Origin: Octopus sinensis
Lineage: Eukaryota
NCBI RefSeq assembly: GCF_006345805.1
Contig: NC_043003.1
Span: 96,844,001 to 96,908,000, forward strand
Length of the DNA: 64,000 nucleotides
Direction: 5' to 3'
Shown: positions 1-12,415 of the stretch, one piece after another
Numbering within the stretch: the stretch's first letter is position 1
Layout of the letters: each line of letters starts with the position of its first letter
Notes under the pieces: generated by a model
The model's input: only the letters and a program-made list of their open reading frames with translations
The model's database searches: none
Told to the model about the DNA's origin: nothing
Position numbers and translations under genes: made by a program

Positions 1-32
1 TCCAAATTAAAGTTTTCACAATACCTTTTCTT

Positions 33-1513
33 TTATATATACTCCATTATGTCTACCAAATCTGAGTAAATTTCCATCGTTCGAGGCCACCTTGGAAGTC
101 GGCATTTCATATGTTTTAACACGTTCTCGCCAGCTGCCTCGATGAACGCCTCGGCGTCGTTCTCGTGGACGAGTGCACCTGTTTCTTTCCATTCGGTGCC
201 CATCCTGACCCACGTATATCCGTTTGTTTCGCTTATTAAATTTTCCATCTCCTCACAGTGCTTGTGATGGATCAACGTTCCATAGTATTTGAATTTTCTA
301 TTCGTACCTGCGTTTTCTCTAGTTTTTCTCTTAGGACTTACTTCCTCTTTTTTCTCCTCCCTTGGTTTCTCTCTTTCTCTCTTTTTGCTTTCTCTTCTTT
401 CTTTTTCCTTCTCTTGTCTTTTTGGCTCTTTGTCTGCCGTCTCTCTACCCTGTGCCTTAAGTTCCTTTCCTGTTGTTTCTTTTCCTTTTTGCATACCATC
501 TTTTCCTTTCTCTTGGTTCTGTTCCTTCTCTTGTTCTTTTCCTGCCTTTTCTCTTTCCTTTAATGTACTTTCCTTTTCTTTCTCTTGCTTCTGCCTTGGC
601 TCCTTCTCCTCTACTTCTGCACCCTGTGACTTTTGCTCCTTTTCTACTATCTTCTTCCCTTTGTTTTCATTTTCCTTCAGTGCGCTGTTACTTCCCTTCT
701 CTTGTTGTTTCTCCGTTATTTCCTTTTCCTTGTTTTCGCTGTTCTTTCCTTCGTGTTCGTTTTCCTTCTCTCCACTTTGTGTCTCTTTTTGCTCCGCTGT
801 GACTTCATACAGCGGACATTCCTTTTTTATGTGCCCTCTTGAACCGCACAGGTAGCAATTCGGTTTTCTGCCTTCCACTATTACACTAATTGTTTTTTCG
901 TTTTCTATTTCTATTTGGAAGGGAAATCTTTCGATGTCTTCAATTGTGGCCATCAGCCACAACTCGACTCCGAATCCCTTCCAATTTACAACGTCGTCTC
1001 CTTAATTGACCCTATTTCTACTTCCTCTTTTGCTGCTCCAATAATGGCTGTTACCAGCATTTCTGTTTTAATATTTGGGGGCACCTTTGGGACTCTTACC
1101 CGTACCCCTCGTCTTCCTTTATACGTCGGCCACATGGTGAAATTTTCCGCTTTCAGGACAGTGGAAGCCAATGAGGCCGCCACTTCCTTTGTTGCGCATC
1201 TCACCTCCACCGTACCATATTTCTTTCCTCTGTCTACAAAAGTCGCTTTTTTCATGATGTCCCCCAGACATTTCTCTATTTCTTCAATCGTCACTCTCAC
1301 CAGTTTTCTCGTGTTTCTATCTTGCGTTCTATACGTTATCGTCATGTTATTTTTCTCTTCTATTGTTTCCACAGGCGGGACCAGCTTCACGCTGTCACCC
1401 TCCCTTTTGACGAACTTCTCGTATTCCTTCAATTGTTCTTTTCTAAAGAACACTTCTTTTATTCTAAGTGACTCGTCACTTTTTGTTGTGGCGACCCCCG
1501 CGTAAGTCTCCAT
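33..1513 (-). CDS. Subtype A ORF1/gag-like protein, unit 1 (~490 aa; one frameshift near 990)
   Basis: ORFs 986-1513 and 33-962 join. METYAGV start, RRM-like region, CYLCGSRGHIKKEC zinc knuckle, E/K-rich linker, C-terminal ~85-aa globular-looking domain. Confidence 0.8.
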
Positions 1514-1759
1514 GACTTGAGGGTCGACACACCTTCTATAAAAGGTTCAAACACGCAGCGGCAAACGCCTCGCGCGATTCAATTTTTGACAATTTTTTAA
1601 CAGTTTTTTTCCAAAGTTTCACATGCAAAAAATAACTCACAACACACTTGGGTAAATTTCCGCCGTGTTGTTTTATTATTACCCACTAGGGGCTACATAG
1701 ATGGGACAATACAATCGGGAAAATGAATAATGAATTATGAAGTTTGTACAATGTGGTGC

Positions 1760-1802
1760 AATGCCCACTCGATCCCCGAAATCGAGCGGTTACATTTCGT
1801 CA
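1760..1802 (-). promoter_or_regulatory. Conserved 3'UTR stem-loop of array units (copies at ~3737, 5518, 7320, 9129, 10912)
   Basis: Sense ATGT-AA-CCGCTCGAT[TTCGGGG]ATCGAGTGG-GCAT. Conserved between subtypes A and B although the surrounding UTR is divergent. Confidence 0.6.
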
Positions 1803-1965
1803 TTTATTTTTATTCGTCAACAATATTTTCAAATAAAACATTTTATACATTTTCAACATACATTTCAAAAAGTTTTACAAAGTTCAACATTTCTTTTTTT
1901 TTTTTTTTTCCGAATTTAAAGTTCTTTTATCATTTCCAAATTAAGTTTTCACAATACCTTTTCTT

Positions 1966-3441
1966 TTATATATACTCCATTATGTCTACCAAATCTGAGT
2001 AAACTTCCATCGTTCGAGGCCACCTTGGAAGTCGGCATTTCATATGTTTTAACACGTTCTCGCCAGCTGCCTCGATGAACGCCTCGGCGTCGTTCTCGTG
2101 GACGAGTGCACCTGTTTCTTTCCATTCGGTGCCCATCCTGACCCACGTATATCCGTTTGTTTCGCTTATTAAATCTTCCATCTCCTCACAGTGCTTGTGA
2201 TGGATCAACGTTCCATAGTATTTGAATTTTCTATTCGTACCTACGTTTTCTCTAGTTTTTCTCTTAGGACTTACTTCCTCTTTTTTCTCCTCCCTCGGTT
2301 TCTCTCTTTCTCTCTTTTTGCTTTCTCTTCTTTCTTTTTCCTTCTCTTGTCTTTTTGGCTCTTTGTCTGCCGTCTCTCTACCTGTGCCTTAAGTTCCTTT
2401 CCTGTTGTTTCTTTTCCTTTTTGCATACCATCTTTTCCTTTCTCTTGGTTCTGTTCCTTCTCTTGTTCTTTTCCTGCTTTTTCTCTTTCCTTTAATGTAC
2501 TTTCCTTTTCTTTCTCTTGCTTCTGCCTTGGCTCCTTCTCCTCTACTTCTGCACCCTGTGACTTTTGCTCCTTTTCTACTATCTTCTTCCCTTTGTTTTC
2601 ATTTTCCTTCAGTGCGCTGTTACTCCCTTCTCTTGTTGTTTCTCCGTTATTTCCTTTTCCTTGTTTTCGCTGTTCTTTCCTTCGTGTTCGTTTTCCTTCT
2701 CTCCACTTTGTGTCTCTTTTTGCTCCGCTGTGACTTCATACAGCGGACATTCCTTTTTTATGTGCCCTCTTGAACCGCACAGGTAGCAATTCGGTTTTCT
2801 GCCTTCCACTATTACACTAATTGTTTTTTCGTTTTCTATTTCTATTGGAAGGGAAATCTTTCGATGTCTTCAATTGTGGCCATCAGCCACAACTCGACTC
2901 CGAATCCCTTCCAATTTACAACGTTCGTCTCCTTAATTGACCCTATTTCTACTTCCTCTTTTGCTGCTCCAATAATGGCTGTTACCAGCATTTCTGTTTT
3001 AATATTTGGGGGCACCTTTGGGACTCTTACCGTACCCCTCGTCTTCCTTATACGTCGGCCACATGGTGAAATTTTCCGCTTTCAGGACAGTGGAAGCCAA
3101 TGAGGCCGCCACTTCCTTTGTTGCGCATCTCACCTCCACCGTACCATATTTCTTCCTCTGTCTACAAAAGTCGCTTTTTTCATGATGTCCCCCAGACATT
3201 TCTCTATTTCTTCAATCGTCACTCTCACCAGTTTTCTCGTGTTTCTATCTTGCGTTCTATACGTTATCGTCATGTTATTTTTCTCTTCTATTGTTTCCAC
3301 AGGCGGGACCAGCTTCACGCTGTCACCCTCCCTTTTGACGAACTTCTCGTATTCCTTCAATTGTTCTTTTCTAAAGAACACTTCTTTTATTCTAAGTGAC
3401 TCGTCACTTTTTGTTGTGGCGACCCCCGCGTAAGTCTCCAT
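1966..3441 (-). CDS. Subtype A ORF1, unit 2 (several single-base frameshifts)
   Basis: Near-identical to unit 1, with single-base deletions at different places. Confidence 0.75.
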
Positions 3442-3844
3442 GACTTGAGGGTCGACACACCTTCTATAAAAGGTTCAAACACGCAGCGGCAAACGCCTCG
3501 CGCGATTCAATTTTTGACAATTTTTTAACAGTTTTTTTCCAAAGTTTCACATGCAAAAAATAACTCACAACACACTTGGGTAAATTTCCGCCGTGTGATT
3601 TTATTACTACCCACAAGGGGCGAACATAGAGGGGACAATACAATCGAGGAACTTAAAATAAGAAAGCGAAATGACAAGAAAAGGAAAAAATTAAAAGTAA
3701 AAAATGACATATGAAAGAATATTTACAATGAGATGTAAATGCCCACTCGATCCCCGAAATCGAGAGGTTACATTTTCGTCACATATATTTTACAATATTT
3801 TCTTTTTTTTTTTTTTCTTCTTTCTTCTCTCTCTTCTCACAATT

Positions 3845-5239
3845 TTATACGTATTCCATAATACCTTTCAAGTCTCTAAAGTCAATCACTGAGCCCTCAG
3901 GCAGCCGCTTTCATTCGAACACCCGTGTAAAAAATACACTCTCTCCAGCTGCTCTGAGGAACTCAGCGACTCTTTCTTCGGGGATCAGAGCAGTCTCCTG
4001 CCACTGATCAGTCATCCTGTTGACCCACACATGTCCCTCCGTACTACATGTCAATTCCTTCATTTCAGGGGTGAAATGGAAGGTTATTAACTTGTAGTAA
4101 TCTTGTTTTCGTCCTACGTTTTCCCTCGTTTTTCTTTTCGGGCTTACTTCTTCCTTGTTCTCCTCTCTTTGTTTCTCTCTTTCTCTCTTTTTGCTTTCTT
4201 CTTTCTTCTTCCTTCTCTTGTCTTTTTGGTTCTTTGTCTGTTCTCTCTTTCTCTCGTGTTTTATGTTCCTTTTCTTTTTCTTTTTGTGTGCCGTCTTTTC
4301 TTTTCGTTTGATTCTGATCTCTCTCTTGTTTTTTTCCTGTTGTTTCTTTTTCCTTTTTCTTTTCCTGACTCTGTTTTGGTTCCATTTCTTTCTTTTCTTT
4401 TATATCTTTTTCTTTCGTTGACTTATTATTTCCTTTCTCTTGTTGTTTTGTCTCCTTTTCTATGTTTTCTTTTTCATTTACCTTATTCTTCCTTTCTTCA
4501 AGTTCCTGCTCGTACTCCGCTATGAATTCGTATAGCGGGCACTCTTTTTTAATGTGCCCCCTTGTCCCGCACAAGTAGCAGTTTGGCTTTCTACCCCTAC
4601 AATTACACTGAGGGTTTTCTCGTCTTCGATTTCTATTCTGTAGGGGAACCTTTCAATGTCCTCTTTTGTGGCCATCAAACACAGTTCTACCCCATATCCT
4701 CTCCAGTTTACTGCATTGGACTCCTTAAAGGATTCCACCTCCACTTCCTCTTCTGCTGCTCCCAGAATAGCTGTTGCCAGCCACTCTGTTTTTATTTCTG
4801 GGGGTATATTCGGGATTTTAACCCGGACCCCTCTTCTTCCCTTGTATGAGGGCCACATTATGAATGTTTCCGCTCTTAGAACAGTGGTAGCCAGTGAGGC
4901 TGCAATTTCTTCCGTTGCACATCTCACCTCCACCGTACCAAATTTTTTTCCTCTACTCACGTAGGTCGATTTATCCATTATGTCTCCCAGACATTTTTCG
5001 ATCTCTGCTATCTCCACTCTTGCCAGTTTCTTTGTACTTTTGTCCTGGGTTCTATACGTTACAGTTTTGTTTTCTTTGTCCTCTTTTGCTTTCGCGGGGG
5101 GGATTAGCTTCACGCTATCACCCTCCCTTTTGAATAGCTTTTCGTATTCTTTGAGTTTATTCTTCTCAAAGAAAACATCCTTCACGACTATCGAGCAATC
5201 ATTACTTCTCTTTCCCGTGACCCCCGCGTAAGTCGCCAT
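3845..5239 (-). CDS. Subtype B ORF1, unit 3 (~465 aa, frameshifted)
   Basis: MATYAGV start, CGTRGHIKKEC knuckle, ends ...KGIMEYV. Confidence 0.75.
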
Positions 5240-5624
5240 GACTAGAGGGTCAATTCACCTTCTTCGGAAGGTTTCCACACGTAGAGGCAAACGCCTCGCG
5301 CGATAATTATCAATTTACACAACAAAATTCCTGTCTAGTCACAGATAACAACACACTTGGGTAAATTTCCGCCGTGGGATTTTATTACTACCCACAAGGG
5401 GCGAACATAGAGGGGACAATACAATCGAGGAACTTAAAATAAGAAAGCGAAATGACAAGAAAAGGAAAAAATTAAAAGTAAAAAATGACATATGAAAGAA
5501 TATTTACAATGAGATGTAAATGCCCACTCGATCCCCGAAATCGAGAGGTTACATTTTCGTCACATATATTTTACAATATTTTCTTTTTTTTTTTTTTCTT
5601 CTTTTTCTCTCTCTTCTCACAATT

Positions 5625-7023
5625 TTATACGTATTCCATAATACCTTTCAAGTCTCTAAAGTCAATCACTGAGCCCTCAGGCAGCCGCTCTTTCATTCGA
5701 ACACCCGTGTAAAAAATTACACTCTCTCCAGCTGCTCTGAGGAACTCAGCGACTCTTTCTTCGGGGATCAGAGCAGTCTCCTGCCACTGATCAGTCATCC
5801 TGTTGACCCACACATGTCCCTCCGTACTACATGTCAATTCCTTCATTTCAGGGGTGAAATGGAAGGTTATTAACTTGTAGTAATCTTGTTTTCGTCCTAC
5901 GTTTTCCCTCGTTTTTCTTTTCGGGCTTACTTCTTCCTTGTTCTCCTCTCTTTGTTTCTCTCTTTCTCTCTTTTTGCTTTCTTTTCTTTCTTCTTCCTTC
6001 TCTTGTCTTTTTGGTTCTTTGTCTGTTCTCTCTTTCTCTCGTGTTTTATGTTCCTTTTCTTTTTCTTTTTGTGTGCCGTCTTTTCTTTTCGTTTGATTCT
6101 GATCTCTCTCTTGTTTTTTTCCTGTTGTTTCTTTTTCCTTTTTCTTTTCCTGACTCTGTTTTGGTTCCATTTCTTTCTTTTCTTTTATATCTTTTTCTTT
6201 CGTTGACTATTATTTCCTTTCTCTTGTTGTTTTGTCTCCTTTTCTATGTTTTCTTTTTCATTTACCTTATTCTTCCTTTCTTCAAGTTCTGCTCGTACTC
6301 CGCTATGAATTCGTATAGCGGGCACTCTTTTTTAATGTGCCCCCTTGTCCCGCACAAGTAGCAGTTTGGCTTTCTACCCTCTACAATTACACTGAGGGTT
6401 TTCTCGTCTTCGATTTCTATTCTGTAGGGGAACCTTTCAATGTCCTCTTTTGTGGCCATCAAACACAGTTCTACCCCATATCCTCTCCAGTTTACTGCAT
6501 TGGACTCCTTAAAGGATTCCACCTCCACTTCCTCTTCTGCTGCTCCCAGAATAGCTGTTGCCAGCCACTCTGTTTTTATTTCTGGGGGTATATTCGGGAT
6601 TTTAACCCGGACCCCTCTTCTTCCCTTGTATGAGGGCCACATTATGAATGTTTCCGCTCTTAGAACAGTGGTAGCCAGTGAGGCTGCAATTTCTTCCGTT
6701 GCACATCTCACCTCCACCGTACCAAATTTTTTTCCTCTACTCACGTAGGTCGATTTATCCATTATGTCTCCCAGACATTTTTCGATCTCTGCTATCTCCA
6801 CTCTTGCCAGTTTCTTTGTACTTTTGTCCTGGGTTCTATACGTTACAGTTTTGTTTTCTTTGTCCTCTTTTGCTTTCGCGGGGGGGATTAGCTTCACGCT
6901 ATCACCCTCCCTTTTGAATAGCTTTTCGTATTCTTTGAGTTTATTCTTCTCAAAGAAAACATCCTTCACGACTATCGAGCAATCATTACTTCTCTTTCCC
7001 GTGACCCCCGCGTAAGTCGCCAT
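5625..7023 (-). CDS. Subtype B ORF1, unit 4
   Basis: ORFs 6262-7023 and 5625-6170; CYLCGTRGHIKKEC. Confidence 0.75.
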
Positions 7024-7428
7024 GACTAGAGGGTCAATTCACCTTCTTCGGAAGGTTTCCACACGTAGAGGCAAACGCCTCGCGCGATAATTATCAATTT
7101 ACACAACAAAATTCTGTCTAGTCACAGATAACAACACGTAAACATATACAACAACACATTGGGTAAATTTCCGCCGTGGGATTTTATTACTACCCACAAG
7201 GGGCGAACATAGAGGGGACAATACAATCGAGGAACTTAAAATAAGAAAGCGAAATGACAAGAAAAGGAAAAAATTAAAAGTAAAAAATGACATATGAAAG
7301 AATATTTACAATGAGATGTAAATGCCCACTCGATCCCCGAAATCGAGAGGTTACATTTTCGTCACATATATTTTACAATATTTTCTTTTTTTTTTTTTTT
7401 CTTCTTTCTTCTCTCTCTTCTCACAATT

Positions 7429-8850
7429 TTATACGTATTCCATAATACCTTTCAAGTCTCTAAAGTCAATCACTGAGCCCTCAGGCAGCCGCTCTTTCAT
7501 TCGAACACCCGTGTAAAAAATTACACTCTCTCCAGCTGCTCTGAGGAACTCAGCGACTCTTTCTTCGGGGATCAGAGCAGTCTCCTGCCACTGATCAGTC
7601 ATCCTGTTGACCCACACATGTCCCTCCGTACTACATGTCAATTCCTTCATTTCAGGGGTGAAATGGAAGGTTATTAACTTGTAGTAATCTTGTTTTCGTC
7701 CTACGTTTTCCCTCGTTTTTCTTTTCGGGCTTACTTCTTCCTTGTTCTCCTCTCTTTGTTTCTCTCTTTCTCTCTTTTTGCTTTCTTTTCTTTCTTCTTC
7801 CTTCTCTTGTCTTTTTGGTTCTTTGTCTGTTCTCTCTTTCTCTCGTGTTTTATGTTCCTTTTCTTTTTCTTTTTGTGTGCCGTCTTTTCTTTTCGTTTGA
7901 TTCTGATCTCTCTCTTGTTTTTTTCCTGTTGTTTCTTTTCCTTTTTGCATACCATCTTTTCCTTTCTCTTGGTTCTGTTCCTTCTCTTGTTCTTTTCCTG
8001 CTTTTTCTCTCTTTCTCTCGTGTTTTATGTTCCTTTTCTTTTTCTTTTTCTTTTTCTTTTTCTTTTTCTTTTTCTTTTTCTTTTTCATTTACCTTATTCT
8101 TCCTTTCTTCAAGTTCCTGCTCGTACTCCGCTATGAATTCGTATAGCGGGCACTCTTTTTTAATGTGCCCCCTTGTCCCGCACAAGTAGCAGTTTGGCTT
8201 TCTACCCTCTACAATTACACTGAGGGTTTTCTCGTCTTCGATTTCTATTCTGTAGGGGAACCTTTCAATGTCCTCTTTTGTGGCCATCAAACACAGTTCT
8301 ACCCCATATCCTCTCCAGTTTACTGCATTGGACTCCTTAAAGGATTCCACCTCCACTTCCTCTTCTGCTGCTCCAGAATAGCTGTTGCCAGCCACTCTGT
8401 TTTTATTTCTGGGGGTATATTCGGGATTTTAACCGGACCCCCTCTTCTTCCCTTGTATGAGGGCCACATTATGAATGTTTCCGCTCTTAGAACAGTGGTA
8501 GCCAGTGAGGCTGCAATTTCTTCCGTTGCACATCTCACCTCCACCGTACCAAATTTTTTTCCTCTACTCACGTAGGTCGATTTATCCATTATGTCTCCCA
8601 GACATTTTTCGATCTCTGCTATCTCCACTCTTGCCAGTTTCTTTGTACTTTTGTCCTGGGTTCTATACGTTACAGTTTTGTTTTCTTTGTCCTCTTTTGC
8701 TTTCGCGGGGGGGATTAGCTTCACGCTATCACCCTCCCTTTTGAATAGCTTTTCGTATTCTTTGAGTTTATTCTTCTCAAAGAAAACATCCTTCACGACT
8801 ATCGAGCAATCATTACTTCTCTTTCCCGTGACCCCCGCGTAAGTCGCCAT
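7429..8850 (-). CDS. Subtype B ORF1, unit 5, with subtype-A patch in linker
   Basis: ORFs 8320-8850, 7850-8395 and 7429-8088. Contains A-type KEQNQEKGKDGMQKGK. Confidence 0.75.
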
Positions 8851-9237
8851 GACTAGAGGGTCAATTCACCTTCTTCGGAAGGTTTCCACACGTAGAGGCA
8901 AACGCCTCGCGCGATAATTATCAATTTACACAACAAAATTCCTGTCTAGTCACAGATAACAACACACTTGGGTAAATTTCCGCCGTGGGATTTTATTACT
9001 ACCCACAAGGGGCGAACATAGAGGGGACAATACAATCGAGGAACTTAAAATAAGAAAGCGAAATGACAAGAAAAGGAAAAAATTAAAAGTAAAAAATGAC
9101 ATATGAAAGAATATTTACAATGAGATGTAAATGCCCACTCGATCCCCGAAATCGAGAGGTTACATTTTCGTCACATATATTTTACAATATTTTCTTTTTT
9201 TTTTTTTTTTCTTTTTCTTCTCTCTCTTCTCACAATT

Positions 9238-10634
9238 TTATACGTATTCCATAATACCTTTCAAGTCTCTAAAGTCAATCACTGAGCCCTCAGGCAGCCG
9301 CTCTTTCATTCGAACACCCGTGTAAAAAATTACACTCTCTCCAGCTGCTCTGAGGAACTCAGCGACTCTTTCTTCGGGGATCAGAGCAGTCTCCTGCCAC
9401 TGATCAGTCATCCTGTTGACCCACACATGTCCCTCCGTACTACATGTCAATTCCTTCATTTCAGGGGTGAAATGGAAGGTTATTAACTTGTAGTAATCTT
9501 GTTTTCGTCCTACGTTTTCCCTCGTTTTTCTTTTCGGGCTTACTTCTTCCTTGTTCTCCTCTCTTTGTTTCTCTCTTTCTCTCTTTTTGCTTTCTTTTCT
9601 TTCTTCTTCCTTCTCTTGTTTTTGGTTCTTTGTCTGTTCTCTCTTTCTCTCGTGTTTTATGTTCCTTTTCTTTTTCTTTTTGTGTGCCGTCTTTTCTTTT
9701 CGTTTGATTCTGATCTCTCTCTTGTTTTTTTCCTGTTGTTTCTTTTCCTTTTTCTTTTCCTGACTCTGTTTTGGTTCCATTTCTTTCTTTTCTTTTATAT
9801 CTTTTTCTTTCGTTGACTTATTATTTCCTTTCTCTTGTTGTTTTGTCTCCTTTTCTATGTTTTCTTTTTCATTTACCTTATTCTTCCTTTCTTCAAGTTC
9901 CTGCTCGTACTCCGCTATGAATCGTATAGCGGGCACTCTTTTTTAATGTGCCCCCTTGTCCCGCACAAGTAGCAGTTTGGCTTTCTACCCTCTACAATTA
10001 CACTGAGGGTTTTCTCGTCTTCGATTTCTATTCTGTAGGGGAACCTTTCAATGTCCTCTTTTGTGGCCATCAAACACAGTTCTACCCCATATCCTCTCCA
10101 GTTTACTGCATTGGACTCCTTAAAGGATTCCACCTCCACTTCCTCTTCTGCTGCTCCCAGAATAGCTGTTGCCAGCCACTCTGTTTTTATTTCTGGGGGT
10201 ATATTCGGGATTTTAACCGGACCCCCTCTTCTTCCCTTGTATGAGGGCCACATTATGAATGTTTCCGCTCTTAGAACAGTGGTAGCCAGTGAGGCTGCAA
10301 TTTCTTCCGTTGCACATCTCACCTCCACCGTACCAAATTTTTTTCCTCTACTCACGTAGGTCGATTTATCCATTATGTCTCCCAGACATTTTTCGATCTC
10401 TGCTATCTCCACTCTTGCCAGTTTCTTTGTACTTTTGTCCTGGGTTCTATACGTTACAGTTTTGTTTTCTTTGTCCTCTTTTGCTTTCGCGGGGGGGATT
10501 AGCTTCACGCTATCACCCTCCCTTTTGAATAGCTTTTCGTATTCTTTGAGTTTATTCTTCTCAAAGAAAACATCCTTCACGACTATCGAGCAATCATTAC
10601 TTCTCTTTCCCGTGACCCCCGCGTAAGTCGCCAT
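9238..10634 (-). CDS. Subtype B ORF1, unit 6
   Basis: ORFs 9915-10634 and 9238-9936. Confidence 0.75.
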
Positions 10635-11020
10635 GACTAGAGGGTCAATTCACCTTCTTCGGAAGGTTTCCACACGTAGAGGCAAACGCCTCGCGCGATA
10701 ATTATCAATTTACACAACAAAATTCCTGTCTAGTCACAGATAACAACACACTGGGTAAATTTCCGCCGTGGGATTTTATTACTACCCACAAGGGGCGAAC
10801 ATAGAGGGGACAATACAATCGAGGAACTTAAAATAAGAAAGCGAAATGACAAGAAAAGGAAAAAATTAAAAGTAAAAAATGACATATGAAAGAATATTTA
10901 CAATGAGATGTAAATGCCCACTCGATCCCCGAAATCGAGAGGTTACATTTTCGTCACATATATTTTACAATATTTTCTTTTTTTTTTTTTTTTTCTTCTT
11001 TCTTCTCTCTCTCTCACATT

Positions 11021-12415
11021 TTATACGTATTCCATAATACCTTTCAAGTCTCTAAAGTCAATCACTGAGCCCTCAGGCAGCCGCTCTTTCATTCGAACAC
11101 CCGTGTAAAAAATTACACTCTCTCCAGCTGCTCTGAGGAACTCAGCGACTCTTTCTTCGGGGATCAGAGCAGTCTCCTGCCACTGATCAGTCATCCTGTT
11201 GACCCACACATGTCCCTCCGTACTACATGTCAATTCCTTCATTTCAGGGGTGAAATGGAAGGTTATTAACTTGTAGTAATCTTGTTTTCGTCCTACGTTT
11301 TCCTCGTTTTTCTTTTCGGGCTTACTTCTTCCTTGTTCTCCTCTCTTTGTTTCTCTCTTCTCTCTTTTTGCTTTCTTTTCTTTCTTCTTCCTTCTCTTGT
11401 CTTTTTGGTTCTTTGTCTGTTCTCTCTTTCTCTCGTGTTTTATGTTCCTTTTCTTTTTCTTTTTGTGTGCCGTCTTTTCTTTTCGTTTGATTCTGATCTC
11501 TCTCTTGTTTTTTTCTGTTGTTTCTTTTTCCTTTTTCTTTTCCTGACTCTGTTTTGGTTCCATTTCTTTCTTTTCTTTTATATCTTTTTCTTTCGTTGAC
11601 TTATTATTTCCTTTCTCTTGTTGTTTTGTCTCCTTTTCTATGTTTTCTTTTTCATTTACTTATTCTTCCTTTCTTCAAGTTCCTGCTCGTACTCCGCTAT
11701 GAATTCGTATAGCGGGCACTCTTTTTTAATGTGCCCCCTTGTCCTGCACAAGTAGCAGTTTGGCTTTCTACCCTCTACAATTACACTGAGGGTTTTCTCG
11801 TCTTCGATTTCTATTCTGTAGGGGAACCTTTCAATGTCCTCTTTTGTGGCCATCAAACACAGTTCTACCCCATATCCTCTCCAGTTTACTGCATTGGACT
11901 CCTTAAAGGATTCCACCTCCACTTCCTCTTCTGCTGCTCCCAGAATAGCTGTTGCCAGCCACTCTGTTTTTATTCTGGGGGTATATTCGGGATTTTAACC
12001 CGGACCCCTCTTCTTCCCTTGTATGAGGGCCACATTATGAATGTTTCCGCTCTTAGAACAGTGGTAGCCAGTGAGGCTGCAATTTCTTCCGTTGCACATC
12101 TCACCTCCACCGTACCAATTTTTTTCCTCTACTCACGTAGGTCGATTTATCCATTATGTCTCCCAGACATTTTTCGATCTCTGCTATCTCCACTCTTGCC
12201 AGTTTCTTTGTACTTTTGTCCTGGGTTCTATACGTTACAGTTTTGTTTTCTTTGTCCTCTTTTGCTTTCGCGGGGGGGATTAGCTTCACGCTATCACCCT
12301 CCCTTTTGAATAGCTTTTCGTATTCTTTGAGTTTATTCTTCTCAAAGAAAACATCCTTTACGACTATCGAGCAATCATTACTTCTCTTTCCCGTGACCCC
12401 CGCGTAAGTCGCCAT
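11021..12415 (-). CDS. Subtype B ORF1, unit 7
   Basis: ORFs 12101-12415, 11656-11922 and 11021-11563. Confidence 0.75.

Noticed and set aside
1760-1802. Twister, hammerhead or SECIS identity for the UTR hairpin
   Set aside because: It has UAAC and GAG-like pieces but lacks the twister pseudoknot segments, a CUGANGA core and SECIS geometry.
258-12407. Plus-strand F/S/L-rich ORFs in the array
   Set aside because: Antisense shadows of the purine-rich ORF1 strand.
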